Positions 1-11,518 of a stretch of 48,250 bases of DNA are shown here, piece after piece. The notes beneath the pieces are model-generated. The model did no database searches. It saw only the letters and a list, made by a program, of their open reading frames with translations, and was not told where the DNA came from. A program made the position numbers and the translations under genes. The DNA is from Christensenellaceae bacterium (GTDB lineage Bacteria > Bacillota > Clostridia > Christensenellales > Borkfalkiaceae), in the NCBI GenBank assembly GCA_045659885.1, contig JAZRCS010000062.1, positions 1 through 48,250 of the forward strand, in the 5' to 3' direction. Numbering within the stretch: the first letter of the stretch is position 1; every line of letters starts with the position of its first letter.

Positions 1-443
1 GTGTATACGATTAAATCGCCAGTTTCTATATGCTGTTTGCCGTAGTCTTTAATAACTTCAGTTCCCGAATAGGTTTTATTACATAAAACCTTTTTGCCCG
101 TTTCTTGTTCAAAACGAGTAATTATACGGCTTGGAAATCCGTTTGGATAAGTAGGTAATGCCGTATTTGATATTATACCTGCAATCTCCCAGTGTCCAAT
201 TGTCGTATCTTTGCCGTTAGATTTTTCAATATTTTTTGCAAAACTGCCCTTTGGATTTTCAACGCCACCACCTACGCCGTCAATATTAAAAAGCCCTAAA
301 CTTTTTAGCGTTGGAGTGTTAAACTCATTTGAACTTCTTAACGATTTTAAAGTGTTACTGCCTTGGTCGTTAAACTTATTAGCGTCGGGCAATTCGCCTA
401 TTCCTAAACTGTCTAATACTATTAAAAATACCCTTTTTGACAT
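1..443 (-). CDS. deoB: Phosphopentomutase, N-terminal part (gene runs off the window start)
   Basis: Minus-strand frame is open from ATG 443-441 to position 1. It is absent from the ORF track because no stop lies in the window. My translation is MSKRVFLIVLDSLGIGELPDANKFNDQGSNTLKSL...SNGKDTTIGHWEIA, which contains the GKDTTxGHWE phosphopentomutase motif. It is the last gene of the pdp-deoC-deoD-deoB cluster. Confidence 0.9.
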   Translation of the reverse strand, partial: MSKRVFLIVLDSLGIGELPDANKFNDQGSNTLKSLRSSNEFNTPTLKSLGLFNIDGVGGGVENPKGSFAKNIEKSNGKDTTIGHWEIAGIISNTALPTYPNGFPSRIITRFEQETGKKVLCNKTYSGTEVIKDYGKQHIETGDLIVY

Positions 444-450
444 AATTTAC

Positions 451-1158
451 CTACGCAAGTTCAAGCGCAATTTCCATCATTTTTGTAAATGAATTTTGCC
501 TTTCTTCTGCACTTGTCATTTGACTTGGGTCAACTAAACTGTCACTTACCGTACAAATGCAAAGCGCTTTTTTATTTGCCCTTAAAGCGTTACAATATAA
601 AGCGTAAGATTCCATTTCGACACCTAAAACGCCCATTTTTGCCCATTTTAAAGTAGAATTTGAGTCATCGTAAAAATTGTCCGACGAAAGTATATTACCT
701 ACTTTATACTTAACGTTATCACGTTTACAAATTTCTACTGCGTTTTTAATAAGTTCAAAATCGGCAATTGCCGAGAAAGTGCCTGGCAGTTCATATTGAC
801 TTGCATAATTACTGTTTGTGCAAGCACCCATAGCGATTACGATATCCCTAACTTTTAAGTCGTCGATTAACGCTCCACAAGAGCCTATTCTAATAATAGT
901 TTTTACGTCGTAAAAATTAAAAAGTTCGTACGAATATATCGACATTGACGGTTGCCCCATACCAGACGCCATTACTGAAACCTTTTTACCTTTGTAATAG
1001 CCCGTATAACCGTTTATTCCCCTTACGTTATTTACTAAAACTGCATCTTCTAAAAAATTTTCAGCAATAAATTTTGCTCTCAATGGGTCGCCCGGCATTA
1101 AAACCGTATCGGCAAAATCACCTTTTTTTGCAGTTATATGTGGAGTTGGTATTGACAT
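451..1158 (-). CDS. deoD: Purine nucleoside phosphorylase, DeoD type
   Basis: 235 aa. MSIPTPHI...MPGDPLRAKFIAE...ASGMGQPSMSIY are typical of hexameric DeoD PNP. GGGGGA SD lies upstream; the start is 2 nt after the deoC stop. Confidence 0.93.
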   Translation of the reverse strand: MSIPTPHITAKKGDFADTVLMPGDPLRAKFIAENFLEDAVLVNNVRGINGYTGYYKGKKVSVMASGMGQPSMSIYSYELFNFYDVKTIIRIGSCGALIDDLKVRDIVIAMGACTNSNYASQYELPGTFSAIADFELIKNAVEICKRDNVKYKVGNILSSDNFYDDSNSTLKWAKMGVLGVEMESYALYCNALRANKKALCICTVSDSLVDPSQMTSAEERQNSFTKMMEIALELA

Positions 1159-1160
1159 TT

Positions 1161-1820
1161 TTATTCCCCCTTTATTTCTTTTACTAATTTAATAATTCTA
1201 CTTGTTCCTAACCTACTTGCGCCAAGTGATAAGAATTTTTTAGCGTCGTTTAAAGTAGAAATTCCACCTGCCGCCTTAATTTTAACTTCTTCGCCAACGT
1301 GCTTTTTAAACAAAATTATATCTTCAAACGTTGCGCCACTTGTAGAAAAACCCGTTGAAGTTTTTATATAGTCGGCTTTTGCTTTGGTAATAATTTCACA
1401 CGTTTTAATTTTTTCTTCTTCCGTTAATAAGCACGTTTCAATTATTACTTTTAAAATTTTATCTTTACATAAATGTTTTATGTTTTTAATTTCATTGTAA
1501 ACGTAATCGTAATCTTTGTCTTTTAACTTGCCGATATTTATTACCATATCAATCTCATCAGCGCCGTTATCTAAAGCGTTTTTAGTTTCAAACAATTTAA
1601 CTTCAGTCGTAGCGTTGCCGTTAGGAAAGCCTATTACGGTACAAATTTTCAATTTGTCTTTAACGTAGTCTTTTGCCATTTTAACGTAGCAAGGTGGTAT
1701 ACACGCCGACGCTACGCTATATTCAACGGCGTCGTCTAAAAGATTTTTTATTTGATTTTCGGTTGCAGTTTGACTAAGTAGCGTATGGTCGCACGAACTT
1801 AATATTTTTTTAATATCCAT
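1161..1820 (-). CDS. deoC: Deoxyribose-phosphate aldolase
   Basis: 219 aa. CDHTLL..., [11 protein letters not shown] and YIKTSTGF (Schiff-base Lys context) are DeoC-like. AGGTGA SD. Confidence 0.92.
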   Translation of the reverse strand: MDIKKILSSCDHTLLSQTATENQIKNLLDDAVEYSVASACIPPCYVKMAKDYVKDKLKICTVIGFPNGNATTEVKLFETKNALDNGADEIDMVINIGKLKDKDYDYVYNEIKNIKHLCKDKILKVIIETCLLTEEEKIKTCEIITKAKADYIKTSTGFSTSGATFEDIILFKKHVGEEVKIKAAGGISTLNDAKKFLSLGASRLGTSRIIKLVKEIKGE

Positions 1821-1828
1821 ATTTTCAC

Positions 1829-3121
1829 CTATTCTACAATTTTTAAAACTAATGGTAATTTTAAAGGTTTTTCTTTACTTATTATAGTTGCATTTAATAT
1901 TGTTTGCTTTGCCTTTTCAAATAAACTTTGGTCGTTTGCATATAAAACTGCAATTTCTTCCCCTTCCTTTACGTAATCACCGACTTTTTTATTTAAAACA
2001 ATGCCTGCCGTATAGTCGATTATATCGTCTTTTTTGTTACGGCCTGCGCCTAAATACAAACTTGCTAAACCGTAACTTTCTGTATCGACTTTATTTATAT
2101 AGCCTTGCTTTACTGATTTTACACTAAAAGTGTATTTTGCCTTATTTTCTTCGTCTAAGCAAGTTGCGTCGCCACCTTGTGCTTTAACCATTTGCAAAAA
2201 GACGTTATACGCCTTATAGTTTTTCAAAACTTCTAAAACACTATTTTTACATTCTTCTAAACTACCATGCCCTGCTAAATATAACATATACGAAGATAAT
2301 TCAACACATATTTCAGTTAAATCCTCAACGTATTCACCTTTTAAAACTTTTATAGCCTCTTTAACTTCTAAAAAGTTACCGATAGCTTTACCTAACGGTT
2401 TATCCATATCGGTAATTAAAGCCATTGTTTTTTTGCCTGCTTTTTTACCTATATCTACCATTAGACTTGCTAAGTGGGTACTTTCTTCTACCGTTTTACA
2501 AAACGCGCCACTACCACATTTTACGTCTAAAACGATACAATCGTCGTCAGCGCAAAGTTTTTTACTCATTATACTTGATGCGATGAGTGATATATTATCT
2601 ATAGTTGCAGTAACGTCCCTTAAAGCGTAAAGTTTTTTATCGGCTGGCGCTAAATCGTTAGTTTGCGAGATTATTGCAACGCCAACTTCGTTTACTATTT
2701 CTTTAAACGTTTTTTGGTCTAAATTTACGTTAAAATTTTTAATTGACTCAAGTTTATCAATCGTTCCACCCGTATGGCCAAGTCCACGCCCACTCATTTT
2801 AGCGACTTTTACGCCAAGCGACGCCACGATAGGCGCAACGATTAAACTTGTTTTATCACCTACGCCACCCGTCGAGTGTTTGTCTACGCGCACACCGTTT
2901 ATTCCGTCAAAAGAAAGTTTTTTACCACTATCACGAATAGCAAGGGTTAAGTCAACGGTTTCTTGATTAGTCATACCTTTAAAATAAATTGCCATTAGTA
3001 AAGCAGACGCTTGGTAATCTAAAATTTCGCCTTTGACGTAGCCTTGTATAAAGAAATTTATCTCTTCGGTTGAAAGTTTAAAACCGTCCCTTTTTTTCTT
3101 TATAATATCAAACATTCTCAT
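1829..3121 (-). CDS. pdp: Pyrimidine-nucleoside (thymidine) phosphorylase
   Basis: 430 aa. [24 protein letters not shown] and [12 protein letters not shown] motifs of the thymidine/pyrimidine-nucleoside phosphorylase family. Confidence 0.93.
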   Translation of the reverse strand: MRMFDIIKKKRDGFKLSTEEINFFIQGYVKGEILDYQASALLMAIYFKGMTNQETVDLTLAIRDSGKKLSFDGINGVRVDKHSTGGVGDKTSLIVAPIVASLGVKVAKMSGRGLGHTGGTIDKLESIKNFNVNLDQKTFKEIVNEVGVAIISQTNDLAPADKKLYALRDVTATIDNISLIASSIMSKKLCADDDCIVLDVKCGSGAFCKTVEESTHLASLMVDIGKKAGKKTMALITDMDKPLGKAIGNFLEVKEAIKVLKGEYVEDLTEICVELSSYMLYLAGHGSLEECKNSVLEVLKNYKAYNVFLQMVKAQGGDATCLDEENKAKYTFSVKSVKQGYINKVDTESYGLASLYLGAGRNKKDDIIDYTAGIVLNKKVGDYVKEGEEIAVLYANDQSLFEKAKQTILNATIISKEKPLKLPLVLKIVE

Positions 3122-3128
3122 AATGCAC

Positions 3129-3818
3129 CTAAATTAATTGTTCTACTAATTCCCCATTATTAGTTACTATGTAACTATTGCCACCAGACGAAATGCTTTT
3201 TATAAGCTTGCCGTCGACAAATTCTAACGCGCTATCGTCTTCAATGGCGTAAACTTTATCTATATTATTGTCAATAATCGCCTTTTGTAAATCATTTTTG
3301 CGAATATTGTAATGTGGCGAGCATACGCCTTTTAATACGCCTAAACCTTTACAAATTGAGTAGTCACCCGATTTATTAACCGTTTCGCTATCGGTGTACA
3401 TCGTTTCAAACCAACAAACTGCGCCTGCCGAACGGCCTGCAATTATTACCCCCCTATCGTAGGCGTCTATTATTTTATTCAATAATCCGTCTTTTTGCCA
3501 CCTATCAAGCATAAATAAGGTGTCACCACCACCTACGTATATAAAATCGGCTTTTAAAAATTTTTCATTAATTTTTTCTTCGTCCATTTGAGTGTTTATT
3601 GTTAAAACGACGTCGGCTTTTATATCGAAAAGCGAAGTGTAAGTTTTCCTAAACGAGTTAAAGGCTGGCATAAAATCGTGCGATGCCGTGCCTATAAATA
3701 AACCGTACGCCCTTTTACCGTTAGCACGCTCTTTTGCCAAAGTGGCTATATATTTATCAATTTCGATAGTGGTTTTTTCTTTTAAACTGCCACCACCTAT
3801 TGCAATTATTCTTTTCAT
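3129..3818 (-). CDS. Peptidase S51 / dipeptidase E-like protein (type-1 glutamine-amidotransferase-like fold)
   Basis: 229 aa. IAIGGGS N-terminus, YVGGGDT and nucleophile elbow GRSAGA. AAAGGAG SD. It is the first gene of the nucleoside operon, 7 nt before pdp. Confidence 0.72.
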   Translation of the reverse strand: MKRIIAIGGGSLKEKTTIEIDKYIATLAKERANGKRAYGLFIGTASHDFMPAFNSFRKTYTSLFDIKADVVLTINTQMDEEKINEKFLKADFIYVGGGDTLFMLDRWQKDGLLNKIIDAYDRGVIIAGRSAGAVCWFETMYTDSETVNKSGDYSICKGLGVLKGVCSPHYNIRKNDLQKAIIDNNIDKVYAIEDDSALEFVDGKLIKSISSGGNSYIVTNNGELVEQLI

Positions 3819-3895
3819 TTTTGCTCCTTTACTTTATTTTAACACAATAAATAGTAAATTTAAAGCAAATATTAAATATTTATTTTTACAAATAA

Positions 3896-5300
<1,405 letters not shown>

Positions 5301-5324
5301 TATCTTAATTTTAAAATAAAATTA

Positions 5325-5361
5325 AACCCCCTAAACAAATCGTTTAGGGGGTTATTTTTTT
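5325..5361. terminator. Bidirectional intrinsic terminator between convergent gdhA and the CDF gene
   Basis: 12-bp perfect stem AACCCCCTAAAC (5325-5336) / GTTTAGGGGGTT (5342-5353) with a 5-nt loop. T-run follows on plus; the minus-strand side has a TTTAATTTT tail. Confidence 0.75.
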
Positions 5362-6517
5362 AAATATATTCTGGTTCGGTTTCTATTACGAAATAGAATT
5401 TGCCGATTTTTGAAAATTCGTCGTCAAGTAATTTTATAATTTCTTCTATATTGTATTTTTTGTCAAACGGAATAATTAAATCAAATATTATATTACAATG
5501 CGTTACGCCGTCGACAATTCTAAAATCGTGGAATTTAACGTTAATGTCGTAACTTTTTAAAACTCTTTCTACTATACTTAAATATTTTTGCCTATCTTTA
5601 TTATTTATATCAAGTGGGTCTAAATGAATTGAAAGTTTTATGTTCATTTCATTAAACACTTCCCTTTCAATATTGTCGATTAAATCGTGTATTTCGGTAA
5701 AATTTTCATTACAGTCAACTTCGGCGTGTAAAGAGGCAAAATGTACCGTTTTACCGTATTCGTGAATTATTATGTCGTGTACACCCAAAATTCTATCGTC
5801 TTTTAAAACTATTCTTTTTAATTTTTCAACTTCTTCTTTATCGGGCAAAACGCCAAGCAACGGACTTATAGTTTCTTTTAACATACTTAAACTTGAATAA
5901 ACTATAAACGAACTTACGATAAGTCCGGCGTACGCATCTATATTTAATCCCGTTAAGTCAATAACTATAATTGAAATTAAAGTGGTTGCCGTTGTGATTA
6001 AATCGTTCCTCGTATCTACTGCCGACGCTTTTAGCGTTAAGGAATTTATCGATTTAGCAAAATTTAAGTACACGAATAATTGCACTAATTTTAGAATTAA
6101 TGAAAGCACTAAAACTGCGTAAGTAAATAACGTAATTTTGTTAATTCCTTCTTTATTTATTATCTTTTGCACACACGAATAAAAAAACAAAACACCTATT
6201 GCAAACATTATTAGCGATATTATAAGCGCAGTTATTTGTTCGTATCTTTCGTGACCGTAAGGGTGTTCTTTATCGGCTGGTCTTGAAGATAATTTAAAAC
6301 CTATAAGCGTCATAATCGACGAGCCTGCATCAGTTAAGTTATTTACACCGTCGGCTACGATTGATATACTGCCAAGTATTATACCTGCTATAATTTTTAA
6401 AGTACATATTATAGCGTTTGTTATTATCCCAAAAAAACTTGCAACTACGCCGTATCTTTCCCTAACGGTTTTGTCACCCGTGTTTTTGTAGTTTTTGATA
6501 AATAGTTTTTTTAACAT
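5360..6517 (-). CDS. Cation diffusion facilitator (CDF) family metal efflux transporter
   Basis: 385 aa. Multi-TM N-terminal half, HPYGHERYE motif, C-terminal cytoplasmic domain. The start ATG overlaps the cysK stop (TAATG). Confidence 0.88.
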   Translation of the reverse strand: MLKKLFIKNYKNTGDKTVRERYGVVASFFGIITNAIICTLKIIAGIILGSISIVADGVNNLTDAGSSIMTLIGFKLSSRPADKEHPYGHERYEQITALIISLIMFAIGVLFFYSCVQKIINKEGINKITLFTYAVLVLSLILKLVQLFVYLNFAKSINSLTLKASAVDTRNDLITTATTLISIIVIDLTGLNIDAYAGLIVSSFIVYSSLSMLKETISPLLGVLPDKEEVEKLKRIVLKDDRILGVHDIIIHEYGKTVHFASLHAEVDCNENFTEIHDLIDNIEREVFNEMNIKLSIHLDPLDINNKDRQKYLSIVERVLKSYDINVKFHDFRIVDGVTHCNIIFDLIIPFDKKYNIEEIIKLLDDEFSKIGKFYFVIETEPEYI

Positions 6518-7440
6518 TACTTAAAAATCTCCGTAGAATAATATCTATCGCCACCGTCTGGGAATACCACTACGATATTTTTGTTTGCATTTTCTTCCTT
6601 TTTTGCTAAATCAATTGCAACGCTTAATACTGCCCCCGACGAAAAGCCTGCTAAAAAGCCTTCGGTCTTAGCAATTTCTTTTGCAAAATTAACACTATCG
6701 GCATCGCTACAAGTGAATACTCCGTCACAATAGTTTTTATCAAATAATGGTGGAATAAAGTTTGCGCCTATTCCTTGAATAGCGTGGCTACCACTATAAC
6801 CTTTAGTTAAAAGTGGTGAACTTGAAGGTTCTACACCGTAAACTTTAATATCTTTATTTTGTTCTTTTAAATATTTTGCCGTACCGATTAAAGTGCCTGC
6901 CGTACCGATTGCCGATACGAAAATATCTACCTTGCCGTCTAACGCATTGTAAATTTCTTTACCCGTCGTTTCATAGTGGGCTAAAAGGTTTGCATTAGTT
7001 GTAAATTGATTAGCAATTATACTACCCTTAATTTGAGCGTTTAATTCTTTTGCTTTTTCAATACTGCCTTGCATACCCTTTTCGCTATCGGTTAACACAA
7101 TTTCAGCGCCGTAGGCTTTTAATATTTTTTGACGCTCCTCACTCATTGACGACGGCATTGTTAAAATAAGTTTATAGCCCATAACTTTGCAAGCCATTGC
7201 TAAGCCTATACCCGTGTTACCACTCGTTGCCTCGATAATAGTTGCTCCGTCACTTAATAAGCCTTGTCTTTTTGCTTGCCCTATTATGTAAAGCGAAGTT
7301 CTATCTTTAACCGAGCCCGTTGGATTTAAATATTCAAGTTTAGCGTAAATATTTGCCTTTAAATCGTATCTTTTAATTATTTTATTTAATTTGAGTAAAG
7401 GGGTATTACCTACCACTTCTAAAATAGAATTTATAACCAT
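6517..7440 (-). CDS. cysK: Cysteine synthase A (O-acetylserine sulfhydrylase)
   Basis: 307 aa. NPTGSVKDR (PLP lysine), TSGNTGIGLA and GTAGT motifs. AAGGTGA SD. Confidence 0.93.
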   Translation of the reverse strand: MVINSILEVVGNTPLLKLNKIIKRYDLKANIYAKLEYLNPTGSVKDRTSLYIIGQAKRQGLLSDGATIIEATSGNTGIGLAMACKVMGYKLILTMPSSMSEERQKILKAYGAEIVLTDSEKGMQGSIEKAKELNAQIKGSIIANQFTTNANLLAHYETTGKEIYNALDGKVDIFVSAIGTAGTLIGTAKYLKEQNKDIKVYGVEPSSSPLLTKGYSGSHAIQGIGANFIPPLFDKNYCDGVFTCSDADSVNFAKEIAKTEGFLAGFSSGAVLSVAIDLAKKEENANKNIVVVFPDGGDRYYSTEIFK

Positions 7441-7458
7441 AATTTATCACCTTTAAAT

Positions 7459-7487
7459 ATTTTAACATTATTTAAAATATTTTGCAA
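7459..7487 (-). promoter_or_regulatory. Sigma-A-type promoter for cysK
   Basis: On minus: TTGCAA (7487-7482), 17 nt, TAAAAT (7464-7459). It lies about 18 nt upstream of the SD. I saw no riboswitch-length leader. Confidence 0.45.
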
Positions 7488-7510
7488 CATAAATTTATAA
7501 ACGCAATATT

Positions 7511-7549
7511 AAAAACCGTTAAACGAGCGTTTAACGGTTCTTGTTTTTT
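7511..7549 (-). terminator. Intrinsic terminator after the SGNH hydrolase gene
   Basis: Arms AACCGTTAAACG (7514-7525) / CGTTTAACGGTT (7528-7539), followed on the minus strand by TTTTT. Confidence 0.72.
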
Positions 7550-7551
7550 AA

Positions 7552-8334
7552 TTAGACGTTTGCTTTCATACCTGTTCCTGCAAACATTATACCCTTAAAA
7601 TCTTCAATATTATTCATAATAATATAGTCGATATAAGTTGCCATAAGGTCGGCTACGTATTTATACCCGATAGGACTTAAATGTCCACCTAATCTATAAG
7701 TTTTTGTGAAATCTTCACCAAAATCACGAGCATATTTTCTTAAATCGATTACGTATAACGATTTAAAATAGTTTGGTAAACTTCTAATAAATTCAGCGTG
7801 TTTGTCGTAAAGTTTAGTTTTTTCTTCATCCTTACGGTCGTCCCTTGGTACGGTTACGCAGAAAATTCTTGCATCTGGAACTAATTGTCTTATTTTTAAA
7901 ATAATTTTAACGTAGTTGCCTACGAAAGTATTGCTTGGCTTATCAAGATTTTCATAATCAACGTCGTCCATCGTGCCAAAACCACCTTCGTAAACGTCAT
8001 TTAAATGTGTAATATCGTTTACGCCTAAAGCAATTACGTACGCTTTACACTTCTTTTCAAAATAGAAAGCCTTCGTATATCTTGCGTAATTATGAAAAGT
8101 TAATGCAGTCAATCCACCGTTTGACATATTAATTACTTCTAAACCACATTTTCTTGCCATAAATTGACCCCACGATACTTCGTAGAAATCATGATATTTA
8201 ACTTTGCCTTCATCATTTACCCATTCACATTCGCCTGATGATAAACTGTCACCTATGCAACCAACTTTACTTAAAATTGCCGTCATACCACCGTCTGGCG
8301 ATAAAGTTTCTAATGGATTAAATTCTTTTTCCAT
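7552..8334 (-). CDS. SGNH/GDSL-family hydrolase
   Basis: 260 aa. Block I GDSLSSGE, block III GVND, late GGHLS region. GGGGGC SD starts right after the upstream stop. Confidence 0.72.
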   Translation of the reverse strand: MEKEFNPLETLSPDGGMTAILSKVGCIGDSLSSGECEWVNDEGKVKYHDFYEVSWGQFMARKCGLEVINMSNGGLTALTFHNYARYTKAFYFEKKCKAYVIALGVNDITHLNDVYEGGFGTMDDVDYENLDKPSNTFVGNYVKIILKIRQLVPDARIFCVTVPRDDRKDEEKTKLYDKHAEFIRSLPNYFKSLYVIDLRKYARDFGEDFTKTYRLGGHLSPIGYKYVADLMATYIDYIIMNNIEDFKGIMFAGTGMKANV

Positions 8335-8342
8335 AATGCCCC

Positions 8343-8861
8343 CTAATTTACGTTTATATCGTTATCAATTAAGTACGAGTAAACTGCACCCATACTGTTT
8401 ACCGTTAATGAAATTACGTTATCGTCGTTTATATCGTCGAATAAATATAGAATAGTTTTTAATAAGTATCCTACTATTTTTTTAGTATAACACTCATCTT
8501 GTTTTTTGTCAACGTAAACGCAAAGTTTTATTGCGTTTGGAATATAGTTTTCATTACTTCTAACGTTATCTTCGTTTAAATCAACTTTAAATTGTTGTTT
8601 AAATTTTTCGTATACGCCAACGCTTTTTGCACGATAACCTATATATATTAATAAGTCGCCTATAGTTTGATTTTTAGTCGGTTTAAAGTTAGGTGATTTT
8701 GAAAATACCTTTTCGTACAACTCACTAACTATGCTTTCACTTAGTTTAAAATTAGATATAGCGTCTTCGTTGTTTTGTTGAATTATTTTTTCTTCTACTA
8801 TTTCTACTAAAGTTTGTTTAGTAGGCTTTATTTCAACTAAATTTTCTTCTTCGACTTGCAC
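8343..8861 (-). CDS. Hypothetical protein (orphan). The track start is a GTG; the coding-like frame continues upstream to 9107
   Basis: 172 aa from GTG 8861. I recognise no motif. The same frame stays open and protein-like upstream (…KAENTVYEKSYTDFSVSKKAVKSQQILAEND…EDNNIETQ…) but has no ATG/GTG/TTG. See findings. Confidence 0.5.
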   Translation of the reverse strand: MQVEEENLVEIKPTKQTLVEIVEEKIIQQNNEDAISNFKLSESIVSELYEKVFSKSPNFKPTKNQTIGDLLIYIGYRAKSVGVYEKFKQQFKVDLNEDNVRSNENYIPNAIKLCVYVDKKQDECYTKKIVGYLLKTILYLFDDINDDNVISLTVNSMGAVYSYLIDNDINVN

Positions 8862-8945
8862 GTCTTGAGTTTCAATATTATTATCTTCTGCTTGTACAAC
8901 TTGAGTTTCAATATTATTATCTTCTACTTCTTCGACTTGCTCGTC
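8846..8945 (-). repeat. In-frame tandem repeat encoding an acidic EDNNIETQ-type motif
   Basis: An identical 26-mer CTTGAGTTTCAATATTATTATCTTCT occurs at 8864-8889 and 8900-8925 (36-nt period). It is flanked by near-identical 19-mers CTTCTTCGACTTGC(A/T)CGTC at 8846-8864 and 8927-8945. Confidence 0.85.
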
Positions 8946-9084
8946 TTTTAATTTAGTTTGCTTATTGTTAGTGTCGTTTTCGGCAAGGATTTGTTGGCTT
9001 TTTACAGCCTTTTTTGATACGCTAAAATCTGTATACGATTTTTCATATACAGTATTTTCAGCCTTTATTAACTTTCCCTGCCAT

Positions 9085-11517
9085 CTAACGCTTGGATAAG
9101 TATACGACTAACGGTTGACAAGCACCTACGCTTGGTACAAATCTACCCTTCGTCGTTCTACCGTCGATTAAAATTTCGTCAGTACTTACATGATATACTG
9201 CGCCTATTCTATCAACGATAACTAAAGTTGCTTTTTCGCTTTGTTTTACACACTCGGCGTAAACGACTAATTCGTCTAATACACCGTTTTTAATTTCAAC
9301 TATTTTAACGCCTTTTCTTGCTCTTGCAGTTATAGTTATAGCACCTAAAAGTACTTTTTTGAAAGTACCGAAACTTGTGCCTATAAGCGCAATATCTTCG
9401 TCGGCGTTAATTTGGGTTGCATAAACTACGCTATCACCGGCGTCTAAGTCCATACCTTTTACGCCACCTGCCGTTTTACCGTAAAGTGGAACTTCGTTTT
9501 TCGAGCGTAAACACATACCCTTTTCACTAACGAAGAAAAGGTCTTTATTTTCGTCGATAAATTCAACGTTAATCAAACTATCGCCGTCTTTTAACTTAAT
9601 TGCCGAGCAACAAGTTCTTGAAAATTCAAGTTCACTAAATTCAATACCTTTTATAGTACCGTCTTTAGTAAACATAACGAGTTTGCCACCCTTATCTTTT
9701 TCGGCTTGAGTGAAGAATTTAACTGGAACTTCGTCAATTAGCGCCTCTTTAAATAACGAGTTAAAGGTTACGCCACCTTGTCCTGCACCCCTTGCCTCGG
9801 CTATATTTTGCATTATTAACCTAAAAATGTTACCTTTGTTCGTAAAGGCGTATACACTTTCTTGACTTGTCGCGTTAACGCTAAATAAGAATACTTCGGC
9901 TGGAGTTGGTTTTTCAACCTTACTGCGAGAGTAACTCATTAATTTTACTTTTCTAATTAAATTTTTACCACTAAAACCTAAAACGAAGTTTTCTATAGGT
10001 TTTTCGTCGTCGAAACGCTCTGGCGCAATGTCGTTTTCTTCGCCTACGATAACCGAGCGTCTTGCCGTTTTATATTTTTTCTTAATAGCGATTAATTCTT
10101 CTTTAACAACGCTATTTAATCTACGCTTACTGTCGATAATTTCTTGCAAAGACTTAATTAAATTGTCTAAATATGCAAGTTCGTCTTTTAAATTATCAAT
10201 TTCTAAACGAGTTAATCTTGCAAGTTTTAAATCAAGTATTGCTTGCGCTTGAATTTCGCTTAAATCAAAGGCTTTTCTTAAATTTTGCCTTGCAGTTGCA
10301 GTATCTTCAGATTTTTTGATAATTTGAATTACTTTATCAATGTTAGTTACGGCAATAATTAAACCGTTTACAATTTCACGCCTTGTTTTTGCCTTTTGTA
10401 AGTCGTGTTTTGTTCTTCTTAAAACTACTTGTTTTTGATATTCGGTATAGTAACGCAAAACGCTTAACAAACCAAGTTGTTGTGGCTTGCCGTCGGCTAT
10501 CATTACCATATTTATACCGTATGAAACTTGTAAATTAGTGTTCTTGTAAAGCAAGTTAAGTACGTCGTTAGCGTCAACGTCTTTTCTTAACTTAATAACG
10601 ATGCGCATACCGTGTCTATCACTTTCGTCAACTACGTCTTGAATTCCACCAAACTCGTCCTTTCTATCAACCATAAGTTGACCGATTTTTTGTATAAGTT
10701 TTGCCTTGTTTACTTGGTATGGAATTTGCGTAACTATAATTTGTTGTCTGCCGTTATTTTCGCACTCTACGTTAAGTTTTGAACGAATTAAAATCTTGCC
10801 CTTACCCGTTTCGTATGCGCTTTGTAAACCTTCGCCTGCAATAATAAAGCCACCAGTAGGAAAATCTGGTCCTTTAATTATTTGCATTATTTCGTCTAAC
10901 TTAATTTTTGGGTTGTCGATTACTGCAACAGCACCGTCGATAACTTCGCAAATATTGTGTGGTGGAATATTAGTTGCTAAACCAACGGCAATACCCATAC
11001 CACCGTTTACGAGTAAGTTAGGAAAACGGCACGGCAAAGTAACCGGTTCTTTTAAAGAATCGTCGTAGTTGTTTTGCCAGTCTACCGTGTCTTTTTCAAT
11101 ATCTTTTAAAAGTTCTAATGATAACGGGTTAAGCCTTGCTTCAGTATAACGCATAGCGGCAGCGCCGTCACCGTCAACCGAGCCGTAGTTACCTTGACCG
11201 TCAACAAGCGTCATGCCCATATTAAACGGTTGAGCCATATGAACCATAGCCTCGTAAACCGAACTATCGCCGTGTGGGTGATATTTTGCTAAACATTCAC
11301 CAACAACTTTCGCACTCTTTTTATAAGGCTTGTCTGGAGTTAAGCCTAATTCGTGCATAGCGTAAAGTATTCTTCTTTGAACGGGTTTTAAACCGTCTTC
11401 AACCCTTGGTAACGCTCTTTCAAGAATAACTGATTCAGCGTACGGTATCATTGAATCGTGCATTACCGTTTCTATATCGTTTAGTATGATATTTTTTAAA
11501 TTTTCTTGTTCTTGCAT
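9085..11517 (-). CDS. parC: DNA topoisomerase IV subunit A
   Basis: 810 aa. [12 protein letters not shown] and catalytic Tyr context [10 protein letters not shown]. No QRRGGKG GyrA-box in the C-terminal domain, unlike the second paralogue. It starts 1 nt after the parE stop. Confidence 0.88.
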   Translation of the reverse strand: MQEQENLKNIILNDIETVMHDSMIPYAESVILERALPRVEDGLKPVQRRILYAMHELGLTPDKPYKKSAKVVGECLAKYHPHGDSSVYEAMVHMAQPFNMGMTLVDGQGNYGSVDGDGAAAMRYTEARLNPLSLELLKDIEKDTVDWQNNYDDSLKEPVTLPCRFPNLLVNGGMGIAVGLATNIPPHNICEVIDGAVAVIDNPKIKLDEIMQIIKGPDFPTGGFIIAGEGLQSAYETGKGKILIRSKLNVECENNGRQQIIVTQIPYQVNKAKLIQKIGQLMVDRKDEFGGIQDVVDESDRHGMRIVIKLRKDVDANDVLNLLYKNTNLQVSYGINMVMIADGKPQQLGLLSVLRYYTEYQKQVVLRRTKHDLQKAKTRREIVNGLIIAVTNIDKVIQIIKKSEDTATARQNLRKAFDLSEIQAQAILDLKLARLTRLEIDNLKDELAYLDNLIKSLQEIIDSKRRLNSVVKEELIAIKKKYKTARRSVIVGEENDIAPERFDDEKPIENFVLGFSGKNLIRKVKLMSYSRSKVEKPTPAEVFLFSVNATSQESVYAFTNKGNIFRLIMQNIAEARGAGQGGVTFNSLFKEALIDEVPVKFFTQAEKDKGGKLVMFTKDGTIKGIEFSELEFSRTCCSAIKLKDGDSLINVEFIDENKDLFFVSEKGMCLRSKNEVPLYGKTAGGVKGMDLDAGDSVVYATQINADEDIALIGTSFGTFKKVLLGAITITARARKGVKIVEIKNGVLDELVVYAECVKQSEKATLVIVDRIGAVYHVSTDEILIDGRTTKGRFVPSVGACQPLVVYLSKR

Positions 11518-11518
11518 A

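Noticed and set aside
211-492. Plus-strand ORFs antisense to deoB/deoD, and many other 60-110-aa ORFs in the track (for example 1888-2127, 4178-4925, 15039-16232, 17257-17460, 32189-32527, 42183-42784).
   Set aside because: All are embedded in or antisense to well-supported genes. They lack an SD and have Leu/Phe/Ser/Ile-rich compositions typical of off-frame translation of AT-rich coding DNA.
8846-8945. Direct repeats that might suggest a CRISPR-like or mobile-element terminal repeat.
   Set aside because: There are only two or three copies, contiguous and in frame within a coding-like region. No spacers, cas genes or transposase are present.
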